Shown: positions 13,559 to 26,670 of the stretch, in pieces
Numbering within the stretch: position 1 is the stretch's first letter
Layout: every line of letters begins with the position of its first letter
Assembly (NCBI GenBank): GCA_036172245.1
Contig: JAYWIR010000023.1
Coordinates: 1,674,001 to 1,738,000, forward strand
Reading direction: 5' to 3'
From: Raillietiella orientalis
Lineage: Eukaryota
DNA length: 64,000 nt
Made by a program: the position numbers and the translations under genes
Notes under the pieces: generated by a model
The model's database searches: none
What the model was told of the DNA's origin: nothing
What the model saw: only the letters and a program-made list of their open reading frames with translations

Positions 13559-15900
13559 ACTTTTTGTTGTATTTCATTGCATTAGTACTAAAAAAAGCTT
13601 TCAGTAATCTTTATCTAAGATGGTGAAGAATGTTTGCTGAGAGAATCATCAAAGAGGATTACAAGGAGTGCTTGACCTCTCAAATTAGCAGATATCAATG
13701 TTACTTATTGGTATCTGGGGTCAGTAATATAACTAGCGAAAACAACCATTATTTAATAATACAACCATTGTTTTATGATCATTGTTTTTTAGCATACATT
13801 CCCATAAGTAGGTAAATCACCAAATGTATCTGCAACTTTACTAACTGGGACTTTCTGGATAACTGGTCCAGTTTTCAGTGTATGCATGCAAGATTCACAT
13901 GTGACTATTGAAGATCTAGCACACATAAAAAAGTACTCACTGGTGTTTTTTTCATTTGTTAAAATTGCATTTTGAATTTGTAGAGGGTTTTTTTGTCAAA
14001 CATTCAGTCTGCCTTTTTAACAGATTTTGTCAGTTTATGAAATTTCTGACCAGTAAAGCTTCAAATTGCAAAGATCCACTTGGTTGATCCATGTATCTTA
14101 CTTTTCGTAAATTTCTTTTTTTTTTTCTCTTTCCTTGCTTTTGCTCATTTAAACTTGAGACAGGTGTTCTGCATTAATGCAAATGTAATCCAATGAACAT
14201 TCAAAAACTAATTTTTTCAGACTGAAGTAACGTTTTGAATTTTCCAAGAGAGATCGAACAGTTGATGATGTATTTTTAAATTTGTTATCCATCTTTTTTT
14301 TAAATGTGGATGTCTCATGAAAGTTTAGGTGTTTAATATCTGCTAACCATATCAAAACTCTTCTTTATAATGAAAAGTTTTTTCTCATTTTATAGAAGAA
14401 ATCACCATACAAGTGACTTGCTATGCATTGTATTCAGGATACTTAAGGTTTAAACAAAATCGAATGTGTTATAATAGATTATTGGAAATGAGTCTGTTTC
14501 TATCCCACTCATTTTTGGATAATGTATTCCAGTGTGAATAGGAGTTCATGAGATTATAGTACCAATATTATTTTCTTCTCTATTCCATATAATTTGGCCA
14601 TATATTGCATAAGGCTGTATCTGATAATAATTTATTGTTTCATGTTTTCTGATACTTTCTTTTTTATTAGGATGCTAATGTTAGACAGGACATATAGGAA
14701 ATGGCATATAATTTTTACATGTATATGAAGAATTATTTTTGGTTCCCTACAGCCAGCATGTTTAGAAGTGCTTGTAATTGTATGCTTGGTGCTAATGAGG
14801 GTTTTTTTTTGAATACTCTCGAAAACTGAATATCCTGAAAATATTTCAAAGGGATTATGTGAACCTAAGTTAATTGTGATGTTCTTGAAAAGAGAACCAA
14901 GTCATGTTGTTCATTGTGAAGGACAAAATTTCCTTTACTTAGTAATTGTAAGAATAATGTTCTTAACCTGGAAAACGCATTTTGATTAAGAGTATGAAAA
15001 GGTATGAAAAGAAATTCTGTAAAATCGTTGTCCTATTAATTGTCAGTTCTGAGCAAACAGATGTGGATGTAAGTGGCTGATTGCTTCTTTCTTGTAAAAG
15101 CTGAGAATTCGTTTGCAACATTTGGATGAAAACCTTTTTGCAATTATGGTTCCACTTTGACTCTGTAGATCTTATTTGTTTTTTGCATAAGAATGTGCAG
15201 CTTTTAGATGTGTACTTTGCCATAAATAATAGCTTATATAGAAGGAAATGTTAAATGAACTTTCCTCCAACAAAATCATTGTTTTCATAATTTTGCATAG
15301 TATGATGTTTTGCTGTTCGTGAGAGCATTTATCAGAATTTAATTCACCCACATCTACTCACATAGACATTATTATGAGAAGCTATATGAGTTTACAGTTC
15401 ATGGGAATTTGAAATATGATTGACCATTAATATAGAGAAAAAATTTCCGAATGTTTGCTGCAAAATACTGCATTCAAATTCTCTCTTTCAATGTCATTCT
15501 TGGAAGTATTCAACCATCGATTAGGTAGTGTTTGAAATCTGCTATGATCTAACATGGCAAGTGTCATGCTAGATTGAGTTGTATGTAGCATTGAAACTTA
15601 AATAACCTACCCATTGACTGTGGACTATACTAGTTAACAAACTCAATGCCATTATACAGAACTATTTCAGTTTTTTTTAACTTAAATTGACACCTAAATG
15701 ACTAACTGATCACTTAGGCAGCATGGGTAATTGCAAGTCAAGAATGTGCACAGTTTTTGGAAATACTCTGTTGATTCCAATTTAGTGTACAAGTGCATGT
15801 TCGTTTTTACAATTTGCAATGCCGTAAAAAAGACACAGATGTTTCTGCAAGAAAAAAAATGAATTAAATGTTTAACATCTTGGTAGATAAGGATGCAAGC
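13559..15900 (+). pseudogene. Decayed, intron-containing non-receptor tyrosine kinase gene (SH2 plus kinase domain)
   Basis: Collinear degenerate motifs: FHCISTKK (13572) and DGEECLLRES (13619-13648) resemble SH2 WFHGxISR..FLVRES. QHLDENLFAIMV (15116) resembles the Gly loop, AVRESIYQNLIHPHLL (15312) subdomains III-IV, KLYEFTVHGNLKY (15379) V, KYCIQI..MSFLEVFNHRL (15463-15523) VI, IDCGL (15613) DFGL, and KS.NVHSF.ILC (15735) KSDVWSFGIL. Frameshifts and stops lie between motifs. Confidence 0.5.
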
Positions 15901-17449
15901 CCTTGTACCGAATAAAGTATCAATTGAAAATTTTTAGTGTGCTTTTATGTTACTGATGTGAGGCAATAATTATGCAATTCAGTTCACATTAAGATACATA
16001 TTCAATGTTTGTAACAAGGAGGAAAATTAAGAAATTTTAAAACATCTACTAAACACTTACTAAACATTTCCCTAAGTATCTGTTGCTTTTATTGCAACAT
16101 GACCAACATATTAGTAGGAAAGGTTTTTATTTTGTATTTGAGCTCATTTTTTTTTCTTTTTTTTACTGCAGACTTCTGTTTTCTACATTTGTTTGTTTCC
16201 CCGATAATGTAAGTGAGGATTTAAATTCATCATTTGTGGTCCTGATAGGTGCCACCAATGGAAATTGCTTTTCATGACCGTTTCCATCATGTAAAGCCTC
16301 ATCCCAAAAGATGTGTGAAAAGCAGTTTGAAAAGGAAAGTATTTGTAGCTATCAAAGGAGACTCAAAAAAGGGTTTACATTTTCTACATTGCACCAACAC
16401 ATGGAAAAAGTGTAACTGTAAAATCATAAAACGACTCCAGAAAAACTATTCTTGCTTTTGTAAAGCACAAGCATTCTGAATAGTGTGGAAGTCAGTAATT
16501 CTCATGTGTGCAAGTATAGTGTTGTGTTATTTCCATACATTTCGATTTATTTACTCATTTTTTTACGTGTTTACGAACCAATTAAGTACAATTGAAGGTA
16601 CACCTAGCGCTTCGGTGGCCAACATTTTGCAAAAAGTGTTCCTTAACACGATTTTAAGGTTCAGGTGCCCACGTATCGCGTGTGGTGTTTACATGGAAAG
16701 TTTTGTGCTCTGCCTGTCTGTAACGGAGTTGGAATTTTCAAAACAATGGCTTTGTCGTTATACCTCGTGGATCTTCAGGGAAAACGGAGGGTTGTGACAT
16801 GTACAGGTGCTACCGTACTCTACCCCTGCCTGCCAACGTCAAAAGAGAAACATGGAGTGGGTCTGTAAGCACACGTGTTGGTGTAGTTTGGGGGGGAGGG
16901 AGCCTTCTAATACCGCTTATCAACGACCATAACCTTATAAAAGGATAAAGTAGAGTCCAAGAAAATGTGGTCGTGGTGTTTAGATGTTGGCGCTGGCGCA
17001 CCACAGTTCCGAGGATATGGAATTCGGGAACCAAATAACGGCGCCCCAGGTATTTTATAATAGCCATCGTGACAAAAGTTTTGCAATACCGGCATTTGCA
17101 AGTGTTCGAAGCTGTTTATAAATGGATTAAAGAGTAGGAGACGAAGGAAGGAAGACCAAAAAAAAATAATAATAAAGTGTCTCATTAACAGTGCAAAGAG
17201 GGAATAACTGGTTAAACGAATTTTGGAGTTTGAGCGTAAAGTTTGAACTTCAGATCTGAAAAGAAGAAGCAAGAACAAAGGACGCGACTAAAGTTATGAA
17301 AATTCAAAGGTTAAGAAGGCATCTCTGAGGGAAGAATTTTCAACTGCGTAAATCCTGGTTTGAAAAGTTCCTGGAAGCGTCTTCAGATTCCTGTTTTGGA
17401 TCTCACTCTTCGATTTCTGATTCTTTCCTAATTTATTTTGTTCTTGGCA

Positions 17450-17830
17450 AAACTGCTGCTTTGTAATTAGAGAGATTTTCAGCTTCCTGCTGGTGGATCT
17501 AAGTGTCCCGGAAACTGTGCTCGTTAGCTGGAGGTCTATAGAAAATCCCTCGTTGCACTGCATTTCATGGAAGCTACTTTGAGGCAGAGGCACGTCAGCC
17601 AGCACCATGCATCTCTTGCTCCAAGAGTTTCCAAAAGTGTCGTTTAGCCTGCAAACTTAGTGGCTCAGAATTCCCGTATGTGAAAATTTGGGAAACCACG
17701 GAGGCTTCGAATACGTGCACACGGATCGCTGAGCTGAGTTTTTCAGATGCCTTCGGAATGGAACAGAGGCAAAAACGACTGTGAAGCGGTTCTGGCAGCA
17801 CAGAACACATGAAATGTAAAGAGCTACTGC
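17450..17830 (-). mobile_element. RTE-like LINE 3' fragment
   Basis: AIRVHVFEASVVSQIFTYGNSE resembles KxRIFxAxVxSILLYGSE, followed by a CNEGF..VSGTLR segment. Confidence 0.38.
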
Positions 17831-18893
17831 ATTTAAGATCAAAGATAACGAAAGGAACGACGGTATTTGTTGTTTGGTGAAACCTGATGAGAGCAGGACG
17901 TAACAGTTTAAGAATAGGTGGATTGATCTCTGAAACAAGATTTCGTTAAAAGCTGATTCTATTCTAATAAGAGCCATTATTTACCGCCATTTCCTTCTTG
18001 CTTCTTATAATGGAGACTATGTCGCAGTCTGGTTTGGGGATCACCTTGTGCTTGAGAAAAATACCATTAACGTTCTAGCAGTCTTCGTCTTCAAGTGGCC
18101 GAAAAAGGTTTCAAAGTAATAAAGCTATTCCTTTTAAAAATTCAGGCAATTTTTGTCCATGAAGTAATTTGTTTTCGTTTGCACAGAACTTTAGTTCGGA
18201 GCCAATGTTTTGCCGAGATTCAATAATGCCATGAATACATTACTAAACGTCAAAGGGAAAGAAAAGAATTTTTTTCTTTCAATGACGCGATTTTGTTTCA
18301 ATGTTCCGTCATTTCTGTGCAATTTGGGATGAGGATGCAGCGATGAAGTGAGCGGACGAGTGAGATCAAGGAAAGCGGCGGCGTCGGACCATCACGAGAA
18401 TTATCATCTGAACTACTCAAGGCAAGAACCATGATTGGAGCTGGAGGAGATCCATCCATGTTACCAAGGTACCAGGCACTCGAGGAAAAATCATGAACTA
18501 TGCAAATCGATTTCTGAGTGAAATCTGCCTCCTGCTTTGCAGATGAGCTTCTTAGCAGGGTATCCGGCCAGTTGACATGCGGGCTGGAACCAATGAAGTG
18601 TACGTGCACTTTGTGCGCTTGTAAACCACTATAGGCAAAATAACCGATTCAGTAATTATTATGGTACTTTCGGACTACAGGAGATCACGATGCATGTCTC
18701 AACAGAGTAGGATGACTGCATGGCGAAACGGAGAAATGGATCCTCACTTTCTACCAGGGAGCATGAAATATTCAAGAGCAATTATAGTTTATTCACAAAA
18801 AATTCTTTTATTTCAAAGCTTGAACACCTGAGCCGCTTGAATTCCTGCATCATTCCGAATTCCGAAGCAAGTCGTACACTACAGATATGTGTT

Positions 18894-18926
18894 CCCCCCC
18901 CCCCCAAAAAAAAAAAAAAAAAAAAA
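18894..18926 (+). repeat. C12 followed by A21 homopolymers
   Basis: Read directly. Confidence 0.9.
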
Positions 18927-19714
18927 CAAAATGTACCATAACAAAGGGACTTCTCACGCAGTCATAGATAATTCTTCCCACCTCTGTTGAATTTGCCTTA
19001 TCTTCTGAAAGGTTGGATTTATTAGTTTAACATGTTTGCTCTCTTGTAAGCGTACATTTTACTTCTTGACTGATATTCTATTGTCCGAATTCATTTAAAA
19101 GGGAGCATAATTTGTTTCCGTTCTTCACTTCATTTATATATGCATGATTTCTTTCTAGCAGGCTTCTTCCGTGCCGAGCTCACCTACACTAACCTGGTGG
19201 TTCGAAATGGCAGATTCATGCAGGATGTTTGAAACTTTAGAGTCACGGAACTCTTCTGGATCCGTGCTGATTTGGCTAGCATTCTAGACTCTGTGCCGAT
19301 GGGAGCCGGACCAGGAAGTCCCTTTCTCGCATATGGTGATATGAGCGCATGTACTTTCCTTGTGAGGCTGAGGATCGAGTGAACGAGTGGCCTTTCTGCT
19401 TCTTGGAATGCAAGATGTAAGCATCTTCCCAGGGAATAATTCACTAGTTCTCGGAAAAGTACAAGTCTTGGATGTGTTTTTTTCCTTCTTTTCTTCTTCT
19501 TCCTCGTTATATTCCGTTGTTCTATAAGCTGCTAGCTCTGCCGTTTCCATTAAGGCCGAGCTGAATCCCAGGCGGCATTAATTTCAATGTCAAAAAAGAA
19601 TTCTCTAGAATTTAAGCTTTCCTTTGGGCGAGACTTAAGAAGCGGGTAAAAGGAAACACGAAAACAATCCTTTAAAACATGAGCAGACATGTTCTTAATT
19701 TAGATCTCCTCCTT

Positions 19715-19940
19715 ACCGTGGCCGTTCCTACAGGATAACGCTGTCAATTTGTTTCAATAATGAGGTTCCCTGACGACTAAGGAATCTGCTTGGGTTTGAA
19801 ATCACTACCACATCGCTGGTTTCGTCAGCAGATTTCCCGTATAGAGATGGAGACTTCGAAGCGACATGATGGGGGACATTTTCTGGGCGGATGATGCGAC
19901 GGTCACGTCTGCTTCCTTAACAGATCACAGAAGTGACAGA
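19715..19940 (+). mobile_element. LINE RT catalytic-core fragment
   Basis: DIFWADDATV with WADD at 19884-19895 resembles LLFADD. Confidence 0.35.
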
Positions 19941-20884
19941 GGTTTTGGTGGATTATAGCTTCATACGGACATAAGGAAATCTCTATTCACTTTCCTTGGT
20001 GTGCCTACGTAATTCCGTTTTCCTTTTTCTTCTTTTTTTAATTTTTTTTTGGGGGGGAGGGGGAGAGGGTAGAAAAGGAGGAGGTAATTGAAAACGTCCC
20101 AATGATTCTCGTGTTGATTTTGACATTCTTGATTGAGGAGGCGTCATCTTCGCCAGGACAGAATCTGTTCGTTCCGTGGTTTGCTTTCATCTCTCTGATT
20201 CGATTTTTACTCATCTTCCTACCGATCACCCTCGGCGTCTCATCTATCCACCAGAAAGGCCCGATTCTTGTCTGCTTCCCCAAGCCGAAGAATCCTGTTT
20301 CGATGGCCGCTGTTCACCTGTGCCTTCTGAATCGCAAGCCCCAGAATTTACTACACACGTCACGGCTCAGTTTCTTCAGTCTTTGCCAGAGATCTTTTGG
20401 TTCGATATGCTTGCTGCCTTGCTGAACACCGGCGCTTTGCACCTAAGCCACCCTGAAGAGGATCAGCGATCAGCAGCAGCTGCAGTCTCGAATCTCGAGG
20501 GAGCCGTACCTGATTTTCGGGATGCGTTTTTCAGGGATATTTTATGAGTCCCAGTTGTCTTTCTGGAAAAGGACGGAAGCCAAAGCATTCGTTGCCGGAG
20601 CTACGCATAAAAATAAAATATTTGGTTTTTTGTTTTTCTATGTTTATTCGCATGACTCATAAGTTGCGTTGCACCATCGGTCGAAGCCTACCAGGGTTTG
20701 TTGACTCGCTGCCGCACTCTGAGCGATCGGAAGCTGCGTTCTTCCTTTCTCTCTCTTCAAAAAAAAGGAAAAAAAATGGAAAATACAGATTTTCATTTTA
20801 TTCTCCCAAGAACACGAAAAGCCTTCTCTTGCTCCTCCTTTGATCTGTATCCATCTCTTCGTTGGTTTTTTTTTTCTTTTTGTA

Positions 20885-20900
20885 TGTGTGTGTGTGTGTG
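20885..20900 (+). repeat. (TG)8 microsatellite
   Basis: Read directly. Confidence 0.9.
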
Positions 20901-21999
20901 TTTTGTTTCGTCTTTTTCGAACGAGTGCAAGCGACTCCCCTCTTGAATGCTACACTTCGCGTCCAAAAATCTCTGCAGCGCGAATGTTCCCAAGCATCGA
21001 GCAAATTTGTTTTTTTTGTTTTGTTCGCGCTCACGCGCTCTGGCATTCGTTCGTTCTCCAGCACACGCAGTACACCTCACAATGCTCTTGTACACTTTGC
21101 AGGACGCCTGGTTTTTTCCGTTCCTCACTCGCGCCCTTCAGCCTCGCTGACCGTGCCAGCGAGTCTTGCGACGATCGCCTTCCAAACAACCGCTCTTTCT
21201 CACTCTCTCGGGCCCTCTCTCCTCCAAAGGCGCCCATTTCCTCCTCCCGCCTGTAGTTAACCCCTCCTCCCCTCGAAGCTCGCCACGCAACGACGCCTCC
21301 TCCTCGCTATCTCTCTTTCTCCGTTGCTACGATGAAGTGATCAGACAATCTCGTAGCCGGAAGAGCGCACGTGAACGCGACCTCCTCGGCTTGCTTGATT
21401 TGATTCCCGTCCCGAGAGGCGGCTGCATCCCCTGCTAATGACAGCCTTCAGGAATGCGCTTCGTCCCTCTTCCTAGGTTTCGTGACGCGCCGTGCAGGCG
21501 CCCACGCTTTCTTTGTCTTTTATGTTGGACCCATCCGCAACAGTTTGGAAGATGGAAGGCACTAGGGTTCGCACGGTTGGGTCTCTCTTCCTGGTTCCTC
21601 TCTGAGGATGCGAGCCGGTCTTCCGGTTTCCTCGACCGGTTCCGCAAGTTTTCGGAACCTCCGAGCCGCGATCTAGAAATTCATTGCCATTTTTTGTGTT
21701 GTTGCCTTCTTTTTTCTCAGTTTTTGCGTACCGCCGCTTGACAGTTTCCCTCTCTCAGGACCAGACTCTTTTTCGGTACAAGACTTCCGACTCAGACAAC
21801 GGAGGAAAGGAGAGGGACGAAAGGAGGAGGGTGGCAGACATTAGCGCTCAACTCCTGCACGCTTTCCAGGACACCGATGGAATACTCTTCTCTGGAGGAC
21901 CTCCGGCTACGGAAGAGGGAGTTCAAGGGAGATATTCCCAAACGTCTTCTTCAGCTGCTTCTCAACAAAACCGCAGCTGGAAACCGCTTCCGGTTTCAT

Positions 22000-22600
22000 T
22001 TCCTCTACCGCAGCAGCTCCTGCCGTTTCTTTGGCGAAGAACAAAGTTCCATACCACAGAACGAGTCGTATCTCGCCGCTGCTTTGGGCGGTGCTTGAGA
22101 ATCCGCAGCGCGGAGTGGGGAGTGTGGCGCTCCCCGTTTCTATGGGGCCTCAGCACAGTCAAGGCAACGGTGTATGCTGACCGATTGACCGACGCAGGGC
22201 AAGGAGATAGATGACGTTGACCGGTGAAGCGCGGGATCTCGAAATTATCTCGGAGGATTCCAGAGAATCCTCCCATCTTTGCCGCCCTGAGGGCAGAGTC
22301 TTCTCCATAGCCTGGTGCTCCGTAAAGTAAGAAAATCCTCCCCAAGTCTTGCTTGCGTTTGCGGAAGCCTAGAAAGAAATCATCCAGGGCCGATTTCGGC
22401 AGCAGTACTACTCCAGGAAAGTTGGCCCTCGTGCCTGCCGGTCCCCCAGCCGGAAATGAGCCGATGCCGGTAGGTGTGCTGGAGTTCGTCGCGGTGTGCA
22501 ACTCTTCTTTTCGGGAGAACGAAACTCTTCTGCTGCTGCTCTGCAGCGAGCGAACGGACGCAAACGCACCCAGAGCGCTCAGATAATGTAGATAAATGAT
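22000..22600 (-). mobile_element. Possible I-group LINE post-RT fragment
   Basis: NFPGVVLLPKS (KFLGVxLDxKL), GYGEDSAL (WGxDxxxL) and a GA..SPL..PP segment. Confidence 0.28.
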
Positions 22601-23149
22601 CCCTGGTAGATGAATGTCCTTCCTCCCCCCCTTCCTTCCCCCGCAACCAGCATCGTACTTCCTTCTCTTCCTCTTCTCTGGGAAGAGTCCCTTCTAGAAA
22701 GGGCTTGCTACCGGCAGTCAGGTGAAGCAGAGGGCGTGGCTTCTCATCTCAGATGTGAACCGGACCATTTGTCCATGTAAAACAAACAAAGAAAGTCTAG
22801 GAAGAGAAAGCGTCAGGCATTCTGCTGACACGAAGCGAAAAGTCCCGAACCTCACTGGTTACATTAGGGAGCTCCTGGAGGGAACGCCGATAAATAAATA
22901 AATAGGGGATAAATGGACCGGCCTCGCAGTGACGATGACTACTGGAGGACTAGGTTTTTCACCCCGTTACATCTGGAAGTTTATCTACCAGAGGGAAAAA
23001 AAAAATGAAGTGGAGTGAAGACTGACAATTTCGACTCGAATTTCACTTAATGAAGGTGTTGTCCGACGTGTAGTTGGTCCGAAAGGAGAGGTCTGAGGAG
23101 ACAAGAGGTGAGGACAGTAAATAACCAAAATAAGCAAATAGCGAGATGC

Positions 23150-24600
23150 AGGGGGAAAGCTCAACGGGCTTCAGCCTTTCTGGTCTGGTCAGTCATTCAG
23201 CCTTCGATCTCTGCATCAAACCCGGTATGCTTCCTTCTCAGGGAATCAACTGGGGCCATCTCCCACTTTCCCTAACACGGAGATGGCTAGGAAGATGGTC
23301 CCTCTTCTCTGACGGCAGATCTACCTCGAGGAGCGAGCTTGCTCGATGCCACGGATGGAGCCCAAGCTCGTGGCCACTGCGTCCAGTAAGTCTTTCTGGG
23401 ATTAAGGTAACACTGCTTGGGTCCCTTTGGGGGAGGGGGATACACCATGTGGGGTGTAAGGGGTTTCTTCCTATAAATTCCCAGCCCGAGTGTAGGTTGC
23501 TACGTTCAAGTAGGGATGCGAGATGGATTCTTACCTTTCCGATGTCTGAGGCCCTGTTGCAAGAAGAGCGTCATCTTCTGGTGTTAAGTGAAGGGGAAGC
23601 ATGGGCAGAGCTACCCAAATTCAAGGACAGGATCACCAGTTGCTCTTGGAAAAGGTCCAAGAAGATTACTGTTCGGAGCTGGAATTCCTTGTGCACTATG
23701 TGTTCGGAATGGTCGCGTAGATCATCAACTAGACTGCCGTCCATCTGTCATGGTCCCTGCAACCGTGCAGTAGATCAGTTCCTGTCCGTTGAACTTTTGG
23801 GGATTCTTTTTTGGATTCAAGAAGGGCATTGGAAAGATATCCCGAAGCACTCCCATGATCTTTTTTAAATGAATAAGAGAAGACGAGGCTCGTGACGTGG
23901 AGGGTGCGTGGGTCCTCCTCTGATCCTGCATCTGTGAGATAGTCGACATTCCGAGACCATGCAGGGGACACATCGCTTCCGGACTTCGTCACGCGCAACT
24001 CAAGAATCTGTCGCTTCCTGCCACCTTTCACTGAAGTTCGTTGAGAGCCTGGAAATTCGCTGGTTATCTTCTTGCAGGGAGACCATCTGCCTCTTTAGAG
24101 AGAAGCTGAGGAACTTCATTCTCATTGCCTGCATCAGGATTGTGTGCTTTCCTTGAGGATTCTTCCTGCTGACGTCCCTCGTCGAGGGGGAGGCGCAGTG
24201 CACCGGAAAGATGACGATCGGTGTGTGGGCGAAGAGGCAGGGAGGAGACGTCGATCAGAACGTCTGGGACCTCGTAGTTTTCGCGATGAATTCCTGGAGA
24301 AGCGATCCACCTTTGAGGACCCTGAGCAGAGCGTTTGGAACGCTCCATCTTGGGTCATTGTCATTCTACACGGTGGGATCTGGAATGTCGCCACCTCCTA
24401 CTATACAGGAGAACATACTCTTCCTCTTCCCACATATGCAGGAAGGAGACGAGGGAAGTACCGGCATCCCTGAGGGAGCATCCCTGAGAATCCCTGATGC
24501 AACCGGGACTCTCGAGAAGCACATGGATTTGGGGAAGAGAGTACCAGGAAGGCCAAAAGACTCATTTCTTACGACAGTGCCACCTGAGGGAGACACCTGA
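23150..24600 (-). mobile_element. Possible degraded L1/Tx1-like RT
   Basis: Weak ordered similarity: PFLNPKKNPQKFNG (FLxxxLxxFG), QGIP..LLGPF, HSGWEF (SGLxxN). Confidence 0.28.
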
Positions 24601-25699
24601 GGGAGCAGGCCCAACCTCAAAGTGGTTCCTTTCCCTCGCAGGCCCAGCCGACAAAGACAAAGGGACAGTCAGACAAAGAGAGGAGAGGGAAGGTCTAAGG
24701 TGTCCCTTCTTTTGACCTGTTTTCCCCTCTCCTTTCCCCTGATTGCGGGTCATGCTTCCTCACCCGCGCCTCAGCTTCCTCGTCAGTTGCATAAGCGGTC
24801 TCCTTCCGCTTTTTCCTGTGCAGATCTGCGAGATCCAGGGCCGCGCACGCGCAACGGCGATGTTCGCGCCGAGAGCTCCGTCTCTCGGTGATCGCCGGCC
24901 ATCGCGACGAGGAGGGGGAGAGGGGTGGGAGGAGGAAGCGTCCGCTCTCCGCAGCCGCCTCCGGGAGGAAGGACCAGACGAATGAAAAATGGATCCTCCG
25001 CGACGTCCCCTTCGTTCGGGAAGCAGCGGCGTGCAAAGCGGAGCTTTTTTTCCCCCCTCCGTCAGGAACTAGGGGTGGCACCGCTACGGCCGCCGCCTTG
25101 GCCCTTCCTCCCCCTCCTCTTCCCCAAGCGAAGAGATGAATCCAGCAGCAGCAAGAGACCAAGTAAATCAATCTCTCTGCGTGTTTCCCCTCCTTCCTCC
25201 CTCTTTCTCTTTCTCAGAGGACAGCTCGAGGAGCACGGGTTGCCCCATGGCCAGCAGGCCCCCGTGAGAGACGGCAGTCGGCAAAACAAGAGAGCGATGA
25301 GGAGGAAGAAAGCTGCCGCATGAAAATAAGAACCGCAGAGAAGGAAGAAGGAAGTGATCTCGTTGTCTGCATCCGGGACGCTCCGGGTGAGGAAACTCCG
25401 TGAAGGAGGCGATCGCCCGAGGACCTAAGGCCGTCGGGACCGCAGAGGAACGCTAGACCTCCGTTTCCGGGAACAGGAAAACTCCCTTCGCCCTTCTCTC
25501 TCCCTTCGCCTCCCCCTCCCGAGTGCGCCGGAAGTCTCCACGAACGGACCGTTCCCCGAGACAGGTCGGAAATGAGAGCTGTCGGGCGCCCTGGAAAGTT
25601 CGAGGAAGGCCGCCTGGCACCTGCGAAGAAAAGCGGAAGCGTTTACCCTGCGTCCGCCTTCGCGGAGGTCCGGAGATTCACCCACCCGCTCCTCAATTC

Positions 25700-26200
25700 A
25701 TCTGGCCTTCAGAAGCCCAGACTCCTAGGACGTTGCTTGAAGGATCGAGATGACAGGATGGGAGAATCGGTGTGTCTCTTGGAGAAGGATGGCTTTGCCC
25801 AGAAAGCAGTCAGGAAGCGATGGTTGCACTGAGAATGGCTGTCGCTGGTGTATCTCGGTCACCCGGAGCAAAGAAGCCAACCAAAGCAGCCGAATGGCAC
25901 CGGTCGACTTCTTCCACTCGTGCCACGCCCCCGCAGTGCCATCGACGAAGGGAAAACCTCCCGAGGCGCGCCGGAAGTTCTTACCTGCAGAGACTTGGAG
26001 TCCCCTGTCCAAGATAGGGTGGCCTGCGCAACGCAGGCTACATCGAAGACTCATGACTGCAGCCGGAGGAATGGCTGCTGCCGCCTGCAGCCTACTGACG
26101 AGAAGGGTCCACACTCCCGGAGTCTCGAAAATTCCGTACCAAGCGCGAGGGAAGCCAAGACAATGGGTTCTCAGCTTTCAGCCTGAGCGAAAACCTCCAT
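25700..26200 (+). mobile_element. RTE-like LINE 3' half, degraded
   Basis: VYLGH, FLPAETWSPL (LLYGxETW, about 25978) and ARGKPRQW (RGRPxxRW), in order. Confidence 0.42.
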
Positions 26201-26514
26201 TGAAAAAAGGTTTCTGAAATGCCCTGAAGGAAATAGGACACAAAGGCTCTTCCTGTTACAGGATTCCCTCCTGATCTCGAGCTCCCGATAGTGAATCGCG
26301 AGCCCGAAGAGCCCGAAGCTGGTCCAAAAATTCCAAGACATTTTGAAAAACCTTCAGAACAAAGAGGCTCCCATACTGAAAAGCGTCCCTACCTTGCTTC
26401 CCACGACTTCCTATGATGCCCAAGAATATTTTTGATCGGCATCTCTTAAGTGGTCAAGCATGGCAGAAGATCATGGGTTTCTATTTTATAAACTCTGAGG
26501 CAATGATTTGCATC

Positions 26515-26670
26515 CTCCATATCGAAGGTGCGATTGTGGGTGGCACTTTGCAGGCTCCATAGTAATCGCGGTACCGTAGGTGCCATGCTACGTGCCCATG
26601 TCGGAGGTGCCATTGTAGGTGGCATTTTTTGCATACTCTATTAAAGAGATGAATATTAAAAGATGAATAT
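26515..26670. repeat. Degenerate minisatellite of AGGTGCCAT-like units
   Basis: 31-33 bp repeat at 26522-26552 and 26601-26633, several AGGTG(C/G)CAT variants, and GATGAATATT twice. Confidence 0.6.

Noticed and set aside
20102..20425. Hydrophobic 107-aa ORF resembling a small membrane protein
   Set aside because: Hydrophobicity follows from T/C-rich sequence, with no family motif or splice support.
26515..26670. CRISPR-like array
   Set aside because: Eukaryotic context, short degenerate units, no unique spacers and no cas genes.
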